Both the position numbers and the translations under genes were made by a program. Shown here piece after piece: positions 12,251 to 26,295 of a stretch of 64,000 bases of DNA (position 1 is the first letter of the stretch; each line of letters opens with the position of its first letter). Below the pieces are notes generated by a model. The model saw nothing but the letters and a program-made list of their open reading frames with translations, was not told the DNA's origin and searched no databases. The stretch is from the NCBI RefSeq assembly GCF_030028105.1, contig NC_092395.1, positions 30,348,424-30,412,423 on the forward strand. The letters are read 5' to 3'. The stretch comes from Mobula birostris (Eukaryota).

Positions 12251-15104
12251 GGCTCTGGAAAAGAAATCCTACTGCAATTATACTGTCTCCAGGATCAGTG
12301 GTTTACATACAACGGATAATCCCTTTCATAATTTAACTGTCAAATACTCATCTAGTGCCCCCATCCTTTTACAAACATCTTAATTCTTGAACCTTCTAAT
12401 GTTACAATATATACTACAACAGTGCTGCAGTGGTTCCTCTGGGCAGTGACTTGGGCTCCATCATCTGCTGCTTTTAATCGATCATAAGGTCAGAATGGAA
12501 AAGTATAGTTATTTGCATTCACAGCTCTGTTAACATGTGAAGCGGTAATGCCTGCATGCAAAGAGTCCAAATTGCATTTGGGTATGGGCTGAAATGTGTC
12601 ACAAATACTACTTGCCGCAAACACCAATCAATAACCACATTCAACAAAGGTGACTTACCTTTGGTCTTCAATGCTATCATTCCTGAGTCTTTTACCATTA
12701 AACCCCCTGAAGATAACCATTGTTGAGAAATGCAGCTCGACCTGCCACATACATTTTGTAATTGAGACTAGAATGTAACTAAATAACCTGTGATGAGCCT
12801 CCTGATCTCCTAAGACTTGTACCACGGAGGAGGTGGAAGTGGATAGTGTTATGAAACACTCCAATTGCCTTAGATGAGACCGGTCTCAACAGCTTTCTAA
12901 GATGGGACATATCAAATCAATAGCACCCAATTAACAGCTTTGCTTGGGTTAATTCAATGACACTCCCAAACATACAAAACAGTCAAGAATGTTTAGATTG
13001 GTATGCACCGAATGCAAACATGTAGGTCTAGCGTGGATAGACATCTTGGTTGGCACGGATGATTTGGACCAAATAATTTGTTACCATGCTGTATGACTTC
13101 CATCTACTGAGACAGCAGGCACTGGAGAACATTGCTATCTGCAGATCCTCTTCCCAAGATCTACCCAATCCTACTTTGAAAATAAATCACCATTGCTTCA
13201 GTGGTTTTCCAAATCCTAGAACTCTACCTAAGACAGCTGAAGGACTGCAGCAGTTCAGGAAGACCAATTAGGGAGAAATAAATACTAACTTTGCCAGTCT
13301 TGCCAATATTGAATATATAAATACAAAAAAAATTGTCTTTTGCTATTATTGCGAAGGATATCATTATGGTTATGTGAAATTTGTGCTGCTCTAGAATATT
13401 GGAACGTTTAGAAATTTAGCTTTAAAGCACTTTACTTTCAACCTGAAATTTGTTACAGAGGATTCATTATTGTATAGAGATTATATTTGTTTATGTTTTA
13501 CTTCCTGATTATCCATTGTTGGATGGCTGCTTATTGTGTTTGAAATGAACAAAGAAATTAGTGCAATTTTTATTTATGGTAACTTTAGAATACTAGTTTC
13601 TGACATAAGATTCGATTACATTGTCTACTGAATTCTTCAATCTATTTTGAATCAAATCCTACTAATACCCTCTCTTAGTTTCAGTTTTTTTCTAGGAAGA
13701 GACCTCATGCTTGCACACATCAAATACTTTTGTGGCATTCAGTTAATCTTTGTTTCCAGACATCTTGGGCAATAGTAATGCCTCACATTCATTACAATAG
13801 ATTCATTAGACATTCAGCACCAGATTTTTGTGCTATTGCCTGGGCTTGGTGGTGGTGAGAGAGAATGTTGGAGAGTGTGGGCAGTAGTGGGATGGATTTT
13901 CCTTTTAAGTAAAATCCTGATGCAATACATTCAACTGATGAGCATCTGTGTAAGCACTCTTAATCTACCTTCATTAATTTCATATGGTCTGTCTGTATGC
14001 AGCGTTACCTCATCATCATCCACCCACTGCCAACTACTTAAACTGAGCAGAAATTGTTGCTCTGAACAGTGAACATAAATACCTGTGAGGTTGTCAGACT
14101 TTGAAGGATAATATTGGACATGGAATACTTGGGCTTTTCTTGATCGCATGAATTCTGACTGCTTTTCTGAAGGTTGGGTGGTTTTTGTTTATTTCTCTCT
14201 GTTTAGACCGAATTGCACCTTAGACTGTATTTTATATCTCCAAATGAATGTAATACAATGAATACAATTTTGTTATACTTCTCTACAAGATGTTGATTCA
14301 TTTTTTCTCACTGCTTTAACCTCCGATGTTGAAGGTCTTCACAGATATTGTTTGCATTCTGAATAAGAAAGCTGAGAGTTTAGGCTCTCCAACGGGGTGT
14401 TAGCATATCATCTACCTTCTTGCTTTAGTGTGATACTGCAATCTATAGAAAAGTGTTGATGGGTTGATTAGAGGCAAGGAGAGATCTTGCAGGAAGAGCA
14501 AAACAAGTTTCTGTGCTTTAACACTGTGAAGGGTTGAGAAATTTATTTACCAATAGGCTTAGCAAGGCAAGCACATCCTAAATATTATAAATCCCCAACA
14601 AATTAAGCCTGAAAGAGACCGCAGGAATAGATGACATTTATGATATTGTATTAAGTCGAAAAGATTTGTGAAATATTGACTCTGCAGCTGCCTTTGAGCA
14701 GGAGGTACAGAAGGCTGAAGTCCCACACCACCAGCTTCAAGAACACCTACTTTCCTTCCACCTTTTTGTTCTTAAATCAACTGGCAGACCCAAATTATTA
14801 GTTTTAGGGACACCATGATCACCTTGTACTAAAATGGACATTTTTGGTGTAATTGTTTTCATCATTGTAAAAATTGTGTATAATTTGTTTTTCTTGTGGC
14901 CTGCTGCAAGTAAGTTTTTCATTGCATATGTGTACTTATGCACATGACAATAAATTCAGCTTTTCCTTAGACTGTCATTGCAGGTGTTTCTGGACAGTGA
15001 CAAAGCAGAAGATTAAGAATAGGTTTAATCTTGCATTAAGATAGAGCAACAATTTGAAATCTCCACAGCCAAAACTTACCACTTCTGCTGCAGACCATTT
15101 CCTA

Positions 15105-15268
15105 AATGTATGCTCTTGCTGAATGAGTGCAAGGTTATGGAGAATGCCCTACATCTAGAAATGTAGGTGGTGGTATGATAAGTCACAATGTATGCTCTTG
15201 CTGAATGAGTGCAAGGTTATGGAGAATGCCCTACATCTAGAAATGTAGGTGGTGGTATGATAAGTCAC
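15105..15268. repeat. Perfect 82-bp tandem duplication
   Basis: aatgtatgctcttgctgaatgagtgc...ggtatgataagtcac occurs twice, starting at 15105 and 15187. Confidence 0.92.
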
Positions 15269-16406
15269 ATGATTTTTATAAGGAGTGATGGGCATTAGTA
15301 TAATCACTTAAATTGTATGTAACAGTAAATGGTGGGAGAGGGCCAGGGATTACTGAGTAAGGGTTTTAGAGCAAGAGAAATTAACTGGGGAAGGATACAA
15401 CGGGGCCTCTGCGTGAAAAGAGATGGAAGTGGGGCTGGTTCTGCTCGCTGCTCTGTGCTGAGGCGGCAGGCCTGCTCCAGGGTTTGTGTCTGCGGATACA
15501 CTTTTGTTCTGAATGTTACTTGCTTGCTTTTATTGTTTGCATGATTAGTTTTTTTTCTCTACATAATGGGTGTTTGGTCATCATGTTTTTTGGTTCTTTT
15601 GTGTTTCTTTGTTTTGTGGCTGCCTGCCTATAAGAAGACGAATCTCAAGTTTGTGTACTGGATATATATTTTGTTAATAAATATGCTTTGAAATAACTAA
15701 AGAAAAATACTAAATAAGCCTTGAAGTGAGTTAGAGAAAATTAATGAAATTAACTTGAAGCGAGGCTAAACAAGAATGCAATGAGCCCTGGGAATAATAG
15801 ATGGGAAAGAGTTATAGTGAGTAGAAGAATGGAAGGAATAAGTGTCAGAGGTAACATTACAGGACAATAAACGAAAGCAAGAATTTAAAATAACAAGGCA
15901 GAGAACAATGGACAGTATCAGAATAGTAATAAGTGAGAAGCAAGAATGTGAATAATTGAGGGGAAGATGAGGGTATGAATAAAAAAATCCTTTTTTAAAA
16001 ATTCAAGCTCCATTATAAAAAGTCACTCAGGCTCTTAATGTGTTTATTACTCTGTAGAATCCATTTATATTTATTAGATTTTTTAAAATTATACACTATC
16101 AACTCACAATACTTTTCACAATTCTGCATATATTAATACATCTGTATATTTAAACATATAAACATATTATACAATTGTCTGCTGTGCAGTACCACAGCTT
16201 GTGGAATGACTTTTGTAAAAAAAAGTGTCAATCACTTGGACAAGCAGTTTACTTAATTGTGGTTTTAAAAAATTTGCAGATCTTTTGAAGATGCTTTTTT
16301 CCCCACTTCCATACATACTAACTCTATAAAATCACCTATGTTCTCTGCCTGACAGTCATGATTTTCTAACTGGTGCAGTTAGGTGGTGCTTGAAGAAGTC
16401 AATGAA

Positions 16407-16798
16407 CTAATGACATCCACAACTGCCAGCAACCATATCATCGTACTGTTTTAGGACCACATTTTCATCATCATCAAAGTACAGCAGGTTGATGGAGAAG
16501 AGTTTGTCTGGGATGCAGCAGGGAGTTGCAACACCATTAGTTAGCTTAAGGGCATTTATAATGGATTGGACGGTGGCGTGGTTGGTAGGTCTCATATTTT
16601 GCCCCAGTGGGAAAATGCATGCTCCTTTGCAGTGGTAGGCGTTGTAACCCCGAGGGGAGATGATCCAACCAGACCAGCCAATCTCTTCAAAATCCACATA
16701 AAGAGGATACCTCTGGCAGCCTTGCAAATTCAAAGATCTTGTGTTGCGACCCTGGCTTGCTTTATCGTGAAGTGTCACTTCCGAGAGAAATGGAGTCT
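16407..16798 (-). CDS. ADMP: ADMP exon 5: furin site and mature TGF-beta cystine-knot domain
   Basis: tttgccatag|(E)TPFLSE...RNTR/SLNLQGCQRYPLYVDFEEIGWSGWIISPRGYNAYHCKGACIFPLGQNMRPTNHATVQSIINALKL...CCIPDKLFSINLLYFDDDENVVLKQYDDMVAGSCGCH*. Seven cysteines; near-identical to the ADMP mature domain as I recall it. Spliced CDS 1128 nt, 375 aa. Minus-strand AATAAA at 16043-16048 and 16070-16075. Confidence 0.97.
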
Positions 16799-17184
16799 CT
16801 ATGGCAAAGTCAAAAGTTAACAATGTTATTAACAAAATCAAATCAAAATTATTACAGATGTCAATATATAAAGACATTAAGAACCTGAAGACTGTTGTGG
16901 TTTTAAGGGCAGCAGAACCTATTCTATGCATGTGGACCCACTGTAGATCTGTCTTTATGTGTGGATATATTACCTTGCTGATTTATATAATTTTATCATT
17001 TATTTACTTCTCAAGCAGATTGGAATTAGTTTTCCATTTAAACATTTGGATCCTGCTTTGCAGTATTTCGTCAAGTTAAATACAAAGCATCAAGTATACA
17101 AGTTAGAATAGCTATGGACTACTTAATCTGTTGAAGCTTTTCTAATATTTTCTCTGCTGGACATTATTTCCTTACACACTCCAT

Positions 17185-18150
17185 GTACACTTTACTCAAT
17201 GCATAAATGCATGCAGACATAGTCAAGAGGTTCAGTTTGTCATTCAGACCAAACATCAGATAGGAAAGAAATGTGATCTAAGTGACTTTGACTGTGGAAT
17301 GAGAGCTGACAGCGGCCACACCCTGCGCAACGGCCTCGACAAGCCGTCTAAACCAGGTGAGGGTAGCCAACGGGTCTCAAACCCTTGGTGAGATAGGGAG
17401 ATGTCTATCCCAGCATGTGAAGGCAGACTCCGGCGGATTGAGTGGATGAGACCCATGGAAGGTCCAATGGTCAAGAAGGCAGTCTCTGCAAGCGTCATGG
17501 AACATGTAGAACATAAGACACAGAAGACGTCCTGGTCATCCACTGCGCCTAGTCCCATCTCCAGCTGCCTTGACTCTGTCTTGCCACTGGATTCAAATGG
17601 GAATTGGGAAGAGAGAGTGAGGCTGACGCTGCGCAGCTCTCCCTCACTTAAATTCAAATCGTGCTCGGCTCGACACCATCAATAGTGTCGAGGTCTTCAT
17701 CGACGACGATGATGGACGAACACATGACTGTGGAATGATTGTTGGTGCCAGACAGGGTGGTTTGAGTATCTCAGAAACAGCTGATCTCCTGGGATTTTCA
17801 TGCACAGCAGTCTCTAGGGCAGGGGTTCCCATGCTAGGATCCACGGACCCTCGGTTAATGTTAGGGGCCCATGGCAAAAAAAAGGGTTGGAGAGGATGGT
17901 GCAAAAAAAAAACATCTAGTGAGCTACAGTTCTGTGGTCAGAAATGCCTTGTTAATGAGAGCGGTCAGAGGAGAATGATCAAACTGGTTCAAGCTGACAA
18001 GAAGGCAACAGTAACTTGAATAACCATGTGTTACAATAGTCGTGTGTGGAAGAGCATCTCTGAATGCACAGCACATTGAACCTTGAAGTGGATGGGAAGA
18101 CTATGAACATGCACAAAGTGGCCATTTTATTAGGTACAGGAGGTACAGTG
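17185..18150 (+). mobile_element. Tc1/mariner-derived non-autonomous element carrying nested insertions, in ADMP intron 4
   Basis: MIVGARQGGLSISETADLLGFSCTAVSR...LVQADKKATVT is a Tc1 transposase N-terminal remnant; homologous to 33257-33771 in the opposite orientation. Confidence 0.75.
17303..17724 (+). mobile_element. Retroposed insertion (SINE- or RTE-like) with a 14-bp target-site duplication
   Basis: tgactgtggaatga at 17289-17302 and 17725-17738 flanks a GC-richer segment ending in gacgacgatgatg. Confidence 0.7.
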
Positions 18151-19537
18151 TCTGCTAATAACACTGAGACTGGCAGTATGATGTGGACTGTGAAGAACTG
18201 TTTTAGAGCAGACTGGCAGTAAAACTGCTAATGGGGAAAATCTAGTACACGGTCTGATTCATCTGTTCAAATAAGAGACTGCAATCATCCTGTCAAACTC
18301 TCCAGTCTGTTGGATTGAGGATAACTTGCTTCCACTTAAGTGTTGTGGATTCTAAGACTAATGATGAGGCCAAAGTGGGAACCACAAACTGACATAGGGT
18401 CGAAGATTCCTGTCAGGCCAGGTGGGCAGGGCTAGTACACCAGTTATACTGTTTTTGTGTGGGTTCAGTGAGCAGCAGCCTGAATTCAGATACTCCTCAT
18501 CCCTCTCTTGCATTGGAATGTGGGCCACTGTTCAGCAAGTAGTAATATCCCTTGATTTTAAAACAGCTCCTTCTCAGTTACTGGTTTGGCAATGCCCTCT
18601 AGTGTTCATTGATATTGACTTTGTTTCTAATAATAATCTCTAAATCTTTGAATGTTAAACAAAATCACTGTTACATTACCATTCACTACTGAAAGCTACA
18701 ATTGTCTCCTCATCATTATTATTTGCTTTTCCACAGGCTACATTAGTTCACCAGTATATCACCCAACTAGTCTTTAATGTATAATGAATATTAATCTCCA
18801 ATTTGCTTCAAATTTCTGACAGACATATAATTGAAGTTTAAAGACAGTAGTCTGGGATATTAAGAGATTTATGAAAAAGTGAATTGAAAATATAAATGAC
18901 TTCCAAGGGCAAGGCAGAAGATGGAGGAGACGGGAGGATCTATCCTGTCATTGCAATAGTAGTCAGGAGGACAACTAATGGTTAATTGCAGTGCCCTCAG
19001 GCTGGTGACAGTTAGAGAAATTACTCTGCATGTCCAAACAAATAGTCCAGATTATGTTTCATCCTATAGAATCCAATATGCAGTTATACCTTAAGGCATT
19101 AAGTCAGCTAGTATATGAACCCTATGAACCATCAGGAGTTATGAATTAATCACAACTGTACGTAACTGAATGGGAATTTTATTCTCTAAAATGAACCTGA
19201 AGGAAGACTAGAGGGAACCAGTCTGACATTAAGCTAACTCATTGATGTACAGATCCAATGACAACTTTCTGTAAGAGCATCAGTACATCACTGTGGTAGA
19301 CTCTATACAAAATGCTGGAGGAACTCTTTGGAGAGGAATAAACAGTCAACATTTTGGGCCGGTACAGGACTGATAACGGTCTCAGCTCGAAACATTAACT
19401 GTTTATTCCTCTTCGTAGATGCTGCCCGACCTGCTGAGCTCCTCCAGCATTTTGTGTCTGTTATTCTGGATATCCAGTATTTGCAGAATCTCTTGTGTTT
19501 GTGATAGACTCTTTAGTTGTAGAAACTGAAGAATTAC

Positions 19538-19730
19538 CTATTGAAGAACTGGAGGTGGCAGTCCCTCTCCTTTCATCGTCTGTAAAGAGAACCACCATTG
19601 GATTTTTGCTACTGTGATGGTCTCTCCCAGTGGCAAAGTGGATGTAGTTATTGAGTTGCTCTCCAGCCAGGCCCTGCACACTGACAAGCAAGCCTTTGTT
19701 GCTATCTTTATCCTGTATCCAGTCATACAC
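19538..19730 (-). CDS. ADMP: ADMP exon 4 (prodomain)
   Basis: tgtag|VYDWIQDKDSNKGLLVSVQGLAGEQLNNYIHFATGRDHHSSKNPMVVLFTDDERRGTATSSSSI+G|gtaatt; 193 nt, phase 0 to 1. Confidence 0.93.
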
Positions 19731-20639
19731 CTACATAAATAAACAAAACTTCCATCAATCAAGTTCAGCAAGTGTTTCTGGCAGAATGAGATTCTTTCTG
19801 TTGTGCCTCATAAATTGCTTTTAGATTTTTGAATATTAAAGGAAATGAGAGATGGAGGGTTAGTATAGGAAAGCAGCCCTGAAGTCAAAGGTCAGTCGAA
19901 AGTCAGCCATGATCATACTGGATGATGAAGGGCTGAAGAGCAGGTATGAATGGCTGAATGACCTCCTAGCTCAATTTCTCATATTATTATGTTACCAGAA
20001 TGAGGTAGTGCTGAGTCTGATACAAAATAAATCTCCCTCAACCCAGTAAAAGTATGACTTAGTTCAAATTAACAGCTTTTTTAACTAGAGTATTTGGACA
20101 TCTCTGTCACAATTGATATTGGATGAAATTAAATGTTGAAATTTGTTGTGGCTCCATGTTGATTTAAAAATATACTGAACTGAATCCACCATTACTTCAA
20201 AAAACCTATTTTACATTTCATTGTTTTCTAATCCTGCTCAAGTTACTGTCTACTTGTAAAATTCATAATCCATCCAAACATCTGTAAGACCATGAATATG
20301 ACATCAGATGATGAGAGATGTTTCTGCTGTGGAGCTATGGTTGTAATTAGTTTTTAAATTAATCTACTGTGGCTCCCAGTCAGCCTGGCCTGCTTGTTTT
20401 CATTCAATTTCAGGGCACAAAATCCACCTTCTCCCTTGGGCCTACATACGAACCAATGCATTGCTCATTACACAGATGTGGATGGGGAACAGGAGCAGAA
20501 ACAGGTGAATGGCATCTCAAACCAGCTCCACCATTCAATAAAGTCATGGCTGATCCAGTTTCCCATGCTCTCTTCGTACTCCCTAGAGCCTCAGATGTAT
20601 GTAAATCTCCTCTGTGAACATATTCAATAACTCCAATCC

Positions 20640-22400
20640 CATAACTCTCGAGAGTAAAGAATCCCAAAAAGTCTTAGCCTTCTAAACTTTTTCACTGGTG
20701 TCTGAATTGAATAATCTCTTATGCTGAAATCAAAACTCCTTGTTCTAGATACCCCTACTAGAAGAAATATCCTCTCAATATCCACCCTGTCACACCCCTT
20801 CATAATCTTGTGTGATTCACCTTTCATCCTTCTAAGCTCCAATGAGTAGAGGCCAAACCTGCTCAACCTCCTCCGTGCGTCATCTGCGTCATCCCCAGAA
20901 TCAACCTAGTGAACGTACCTGCATTACCTCCATTGCACATTGATCCTTCCATAAATTTGGAAACCACAACTGTTTCCCCAGTTTGCAATAAAGTTACATC
21001 AAAACTATCTGACTTTTGTACACTGTACTCGTTTTAACAAAGGAAAAGATTCCATTCGTCTTTCGAATTATTAGCTGTACCGTTATAGCAACCCTTTGTT
21101 TCACACACTAACACCCCAATCCTTTTATACCCAACATTTTCTAGTCTAAATATATTGAAATAATCATTCAATATATCATTCTTCTTTTCAAAGTAGATAA
21201 ATTCATATTTCCCATGTTTCTGATTATCTGTCAACTTCATGCCACTCATTTAATCTATCTATCTGTGTCTAGACTCTTTGGATCCTATCACAAATTGCTA
21301 ACCGACTTACCTTCATGTGACCTGTAAATATGACCACAGTATATTTTGTTCCTTCATCACAAATAAGGATAATCGTTGAGGTCTCAGCCTTCATAGGTGA
21401 CACCCTAGTGGGTACTGATTACCAATCCAAAAACTTGCCCCAATTCTGTTTTCTGTTGGTTACCCACTCCCACTTCCATGGCAATATGTTAGCACCAACC
21501 CTGTGGACTTTTGTTTTATATAGTAAACTTTTATAGTTCTAAGTACATATATGTCACCATATACAACCCTGGGATTCATTTTCTTGCGGGCATACTCAAT
21601 AAATCCAATAACCATAATAGAATCAATGAAAGACTGCTTCAGTAGGGTGGACAACCAGCATACAAAAGTCAACCAAATGCAAACACAAAAAGAAAGAAAA
21701 AGTGAAATAATAATGATAAAAAAAAATCAGCAATGACATATTACTAAATGCCTTCTGGAAATCCAAATACAATTTACTGATTGCCTTTTATCCACTTTGT
21801 TACACCCTTAGTTTTGTCAAGCACACAAACGCAAAGTTCAGGAGACATGTCAAACTTCAGCCCCATTAAATCACTAAGTACATTTTATTTATTGATAGGG
21901 ATTGTTATAGATTGCTTCCTCCCTGTAGCCACTTGACTATTTCAATTGAGATGTCTTCCATGAAGACAGATTATATTTCCATTATTATTTCCCTAGTCTT
22001 ACACTTTAGCTGACCAATATTTATTTTAGCTGTTCTCTTCCTTTTAATATACTCTGTTTTAAATTTATTTTCTAGTTTACTCAAGAGCTTTATTTGCTCC
22101 TTCACAATTTCTTTATTCATTCTCCGCTTATTTGTAAGAAAAATTCTTTCCAATGCACATCTTCCTTCAATTTAACATTATCCTGAGCTTAATTAACTAC
22201 ATCCTTCTCACAGAGCCACTCTTCCTCACTGGTATAAATATTTATGAGATTTATCAAATTTCTTAAATATCTATCAATGTTAATCTACCATTTTATCCTT
22301 TCACATGTTTTGCTCAATTCCACTTTAGCCGACTGACCCTATTGTAATTACCTAGGGCATCCTTTAATATGAACTCATTAATTAACCCCATCTTATCAAT
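20640..22400 (-). mobile_element. Old, degenerate CR1 fragments in ADMP intron 3
   Basis: GLYSLELRRMKG...VDIERIFLLVGVSRTR; KRKRTAKINIGQLK..TREIIM. Confidence 0.6.
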
Positions 22401-22882
22401 AATACTATACCTAAAACAGCCATTTCCCTGGTTAGCATGACAAGGTATTGCTGCAAATCAAGCATCTAGTACTGTAATTGGCATGTGCTTAACGGCGCGG
22501 GCTGAGGTTGTGACACAAGTACTCCCCATAGTTCTAAAGTGACTCTGTATAATCTTCTGCAGGTATATGGGTACTGTGCAGTTATTCCTGTAATTATAAC
22601 AAGGATAAGTTCAATTATTGCCACAGGTATTACTGTCTTTTGACGTATTTACAACCAACGCTGACTAGTTTTGTTGGTTTAACAAGAGTTAAATGGCTAA
22701 CACAGGCATTATGGGCCAAATAGTCTTCTGTATTGTATTATCCATTAATTTTGTCAAGAGCTGGTATGGATACTAAATATGTTACAGCAGAAATTATGGG
22801 CATTCGCCATCAGTAATGGAAACCATGTAGTTATACATGCCATACAGAAACTACAAATATTATTTCTGTTGAAGACACTTAC

Positions 22883-23002
22883 AGCATTAGTGATTGTGAA
22901 GACCTCCCATGTGCTGTCATGGACTGGAAGTACTCTGGTTGACAATAATCTTTTCCCTTTTACTGTTGACGTGCTATTGTCCAATATCTGGTAGACACTA
23001 AC
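22883..23002 (-). CDS. ADMP: ADMP exon 3 (prodomain)
   Basis: tttctcag|VSVYQILDNSTSTVKGKRLLSTRVLPVHDSTWEVFTITNA|gtaagt; 120 nt, phase 0 to 0. Confidence 0.95.
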
Positions 23003-25019
23003 CTGAGAAAAGAGATTACAGTTCAGACAAGTTGCAACATCTAGTCCTTTGAAAATAAACTCACATGACTTTTGAGATAGACTGAGTGCATGGCACATTT
23101 CCTTCCGACCTAAATGGGGGAGAAACTTATTGGAATCAGGTTAATTATCACTGACATATGTTGTGAAATTTGTTGTTTCACGGCAACAGAACAGTGCCAG
23201 ACAAAAATAACTATATGTTACAAAAGGAAATAAGAGTGCAAAATATGGTAATGAGGTAGTGTTCATGGGTCATTAAGAAATCTGGTGACAGAGGACAAGA
23301 AGCTGGTCCTAAAACATTGAGTGTCCAAATTGTCTTGGACATTGAGGTGGCTTCAGGATTCCTCCCTCCTACCTACCACTATTTTGAATTTCCAAGCCAT
23401 AATGTTTCATTGGCGGATAAAATCTCAGAGTTATAATTAATGCTAGGGCTGAGCTAAGGTATTCCTCAAAACTTAGTTTCTTGTTTCTGGCCTTTTACTC
23501 AAACTCCATGATAAGGAATGTCCTACGTGGGTACAAATGGGAAACTACACATGATGGTGTGCCTGATTCATTTTAACCTTGGCAGGAAATTTGTGTAGTT
23601 ATAGGCAATCACATTGGTACACATTGTAATATGCATATAGCAAAAATCAGTTTAAACGGTTAGGATCCAAACAAGTGCCAATTTGTATCCTATATTCCTC
23701 ATGGTATGACAAAGTCTAAACCATCCATCATTCTCAAATATTAGACATATGGCATGTTTAACAATAAGAACATGATACTTTGGGACAAAATCAGAATTAA
23801 CCTTAATGATATAAAATGTTTGCTATCAAGTAGTCAGTCGATTTCTATTGCAAGTGATTGCTTGACAGGTTTTTTTTTACCATTTTTTGAATTATTATAC
23901 AAAAATAAAATTACTACATTCCTGTACCTTAAAAATGAATTCAAAGGCACAGAAATGTATAGAACATGTTCCAGTATGGTTATTTTTTTTAATTACAATA
24001 AAGTGCCAGAGATATTATTCTTTCAAAGCATGGGCTTATCATAATGTCATTTTGAACCAGTGTGATTGCAGGGGAACAGTGAGTGTGACTTTCTAATCTG
24101 GAGAGGAGTTATTGGTCCACAGAGAGGGCATCCCCCAACCTAATGGCTTTCTTCATAAGGTCTTATCGAAAGTGGCTGCAGTGTTAATGGGTACATTAGT
24201 TGTAATCAATTACAATCCCCTGGGTTCTGGAGGGAACTGGAGAACTACAAAAGTAATGCCACACTTCAAGGCCAGTTAGCCTACCTGTTGTAGTATCATC
24301 ACTAACTACAGCCACTTTGTTCAATTCAAAAGAGAAAATGCTGGAAAAACTCAGGTGTTCAGGCAGCATCTGTGGAAAGAAAAAGTCGAGGTTTTGTAAC
24401 CTACTAAGTTTTTCCAGTATATTCTGCTTTTACTTCAGATTTCCAGCATCTGGAGATTTTTTCCCCCCAAATCAAATCTGCAATACTCACAGGTCCTTGG
24501 TCACCCATTGTCATGGCTTGAGGGTTAGTTGTTGCATGATTCGGTAAGACCAATACGTTGTGTCTTCCGCCTCTGTGTTTTCCCTCACCTGCATAGCAGT
24601 TATTTCTGCAGCTGTTCAGCAGCCACCATTGCCCCGCTGACCCACTTCCCAGTGATCAGTGGGGCAGTGGCGTGACAATTGCTAGGGCTTACTGCAGCTC
24701 CCTCAAAGCTCCTGTTTTCTCTGATTACCCACACACCAAATCTTTCACTTCTGCTTTTTTTCCTTTCTGGGTTTCTTTGTAATGCAGTCTCTCCATCTGT
24801 GTGCAAAAGACCTTTTAACAGATTTTTGCCCAATTTCAGTATTTTTGTGCAGGATTGGAGTGAATTCAGCAGGACAGAGGAGAGGGTCCAACTTTTAGGC
24901 ATAAACATCTGACATTCAAAAGACATATAGAAGCTAATAAAAATAATCAAACAAAATTGTTATTTATTGCCTTTTAAACAATTATCTAAATACATTCACA
25001 CCATTTGAAACAGTTCCAA

Positions 25020-25400
25020 GAGCAGGGACCACTTCATCAAGCACCTCCGTTCTATTCGCCAAAAGTGGAACTTCCCGGTGTCTGCACTCTGGCCTTTATC
25101 TCTTCTCACCTGCCTTTCACTTCCCCCTGATGGCCCTCCTCCTATGGTCCGCTCTCCTCTCCTATTACATTCCCTCCTTTCCAGCCCACCTGATTTACCT
25201 ATCACCTTCCAGCTATCCTCCCCCCCCCCCGCACCCCCAACCTTTTTATTCTGGAGTCTTCCCCCTTCCTTTCCAGTCCCGATGAAGGGTCTCGGCCGGA
25301 AACGTCGACCGTTTATTCAGCTCCATGGATGCTGCCTGACCTGCGGAGTTGCTCCAGCATGTTGCTCTGGATTTTCCAGCACCTGCCCAATTTCTTGTGT
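25020..25400 (+). mobile_element. Penelope-like element fragment in ADMP intron 2
   Basis: Same pyrimidine-rich body, with a mutated hammerhead-like end: ccgatgaagggtctcggccggaaacgtcgac. Confidence 0.65.
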
Positions 25401-26052
25401 TAACGTTTAACATTTGTTCTCCATGGATTTCAACAGAAGGGAACCCTCTGTACCGGGTCTCTGAGTGTAGTTCCCAGTCTCAAGGTTGCAAACTGTAAAG
25501 AAATTCAGCTGCAAAATAATTACCTGCAAGACCCATAACTAAACTTTACATAAGTTTGAAGTAGCTTTATGCTCGGATGCCCTGAGGAGAAACACACTAA
25601 CAAATTCACCCACCTGGGTATCACATTTAAAACCATGCAACCTCTTCTCGACTTTCGCTTTTTTTCTCCAATTCCTTACTTTTTTCTCTCTCTGTTTATT
25701 CCTAAATGTACTTTATCTTAATGTCTGCTATTCGCCTATTTTTCTGGGATTCTTTCAGCGTTTTCTGTAGCAGAACCTCTGCCTCGGTTTTCAGCCCCTG
25801 TGCCCCGCACCACCCACCTCTCTCACTCGAGACTGTGGATGCTGGAATCCAGGCGTCCACATGGAAGAGTCTCGTCCCGAAACATCGACTGAACATCTCT
25901 CACCACCTCCGACACACAGGGGCTGCCTGACCACCGAGTTCTTCCAGGAATATTGCTTTTGCCCTCTCGCTCACCCTGTGTCAATGCAGGTTCGCAGGGA
26001 GAAAGAGGCTGCGGGAGGGAAAGGATGGACAGAGGCGACAGACACTTCTTAC

Positions 26053-26195
26053 CTGACAAAGGTGGTGCTTATGCTGCCCAGGATCCTGGGACGGGCGACC
26101 CCGCAGTTTGAAGAGATGCAGCTCGGCGGTCAAGATCGTCTCGCTCTTGGCCACGCTGGACAGGTTGAAGAAGAACATGAACTGCTGATTACGTG
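26053..26195 (-). CDS. ADMP: ADMP exon 2 (prodomain)
   Basis: ctttcctcag|(A)RNQQFMFFFNLSSVAKSETILTAELHLFKLRGRPSQDPGQHKHHLCQ|gtaag; 143 nt, phase 1 to 0. Confidence 0.95.
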
Positions 26196-26295
26196 CTGAG
26201 GAAAGCAAGCATATAAAGCGTAGAGGTCAGTGGAGCCGGAGGTGGCCGGGAACAGTCCCTGAGCGCCGGGCATCAGCAGGGAGAAGGACTCTCAC

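Noticed and set aside
16799-16931. N-terminal extensions in ORF-track entries (16407-16931, 26273-26761, 6251-6709, 670-1041)
   Set aside because: These are intron or UTR read-through beyond clear splice sites or upstream of the in-context ATG.
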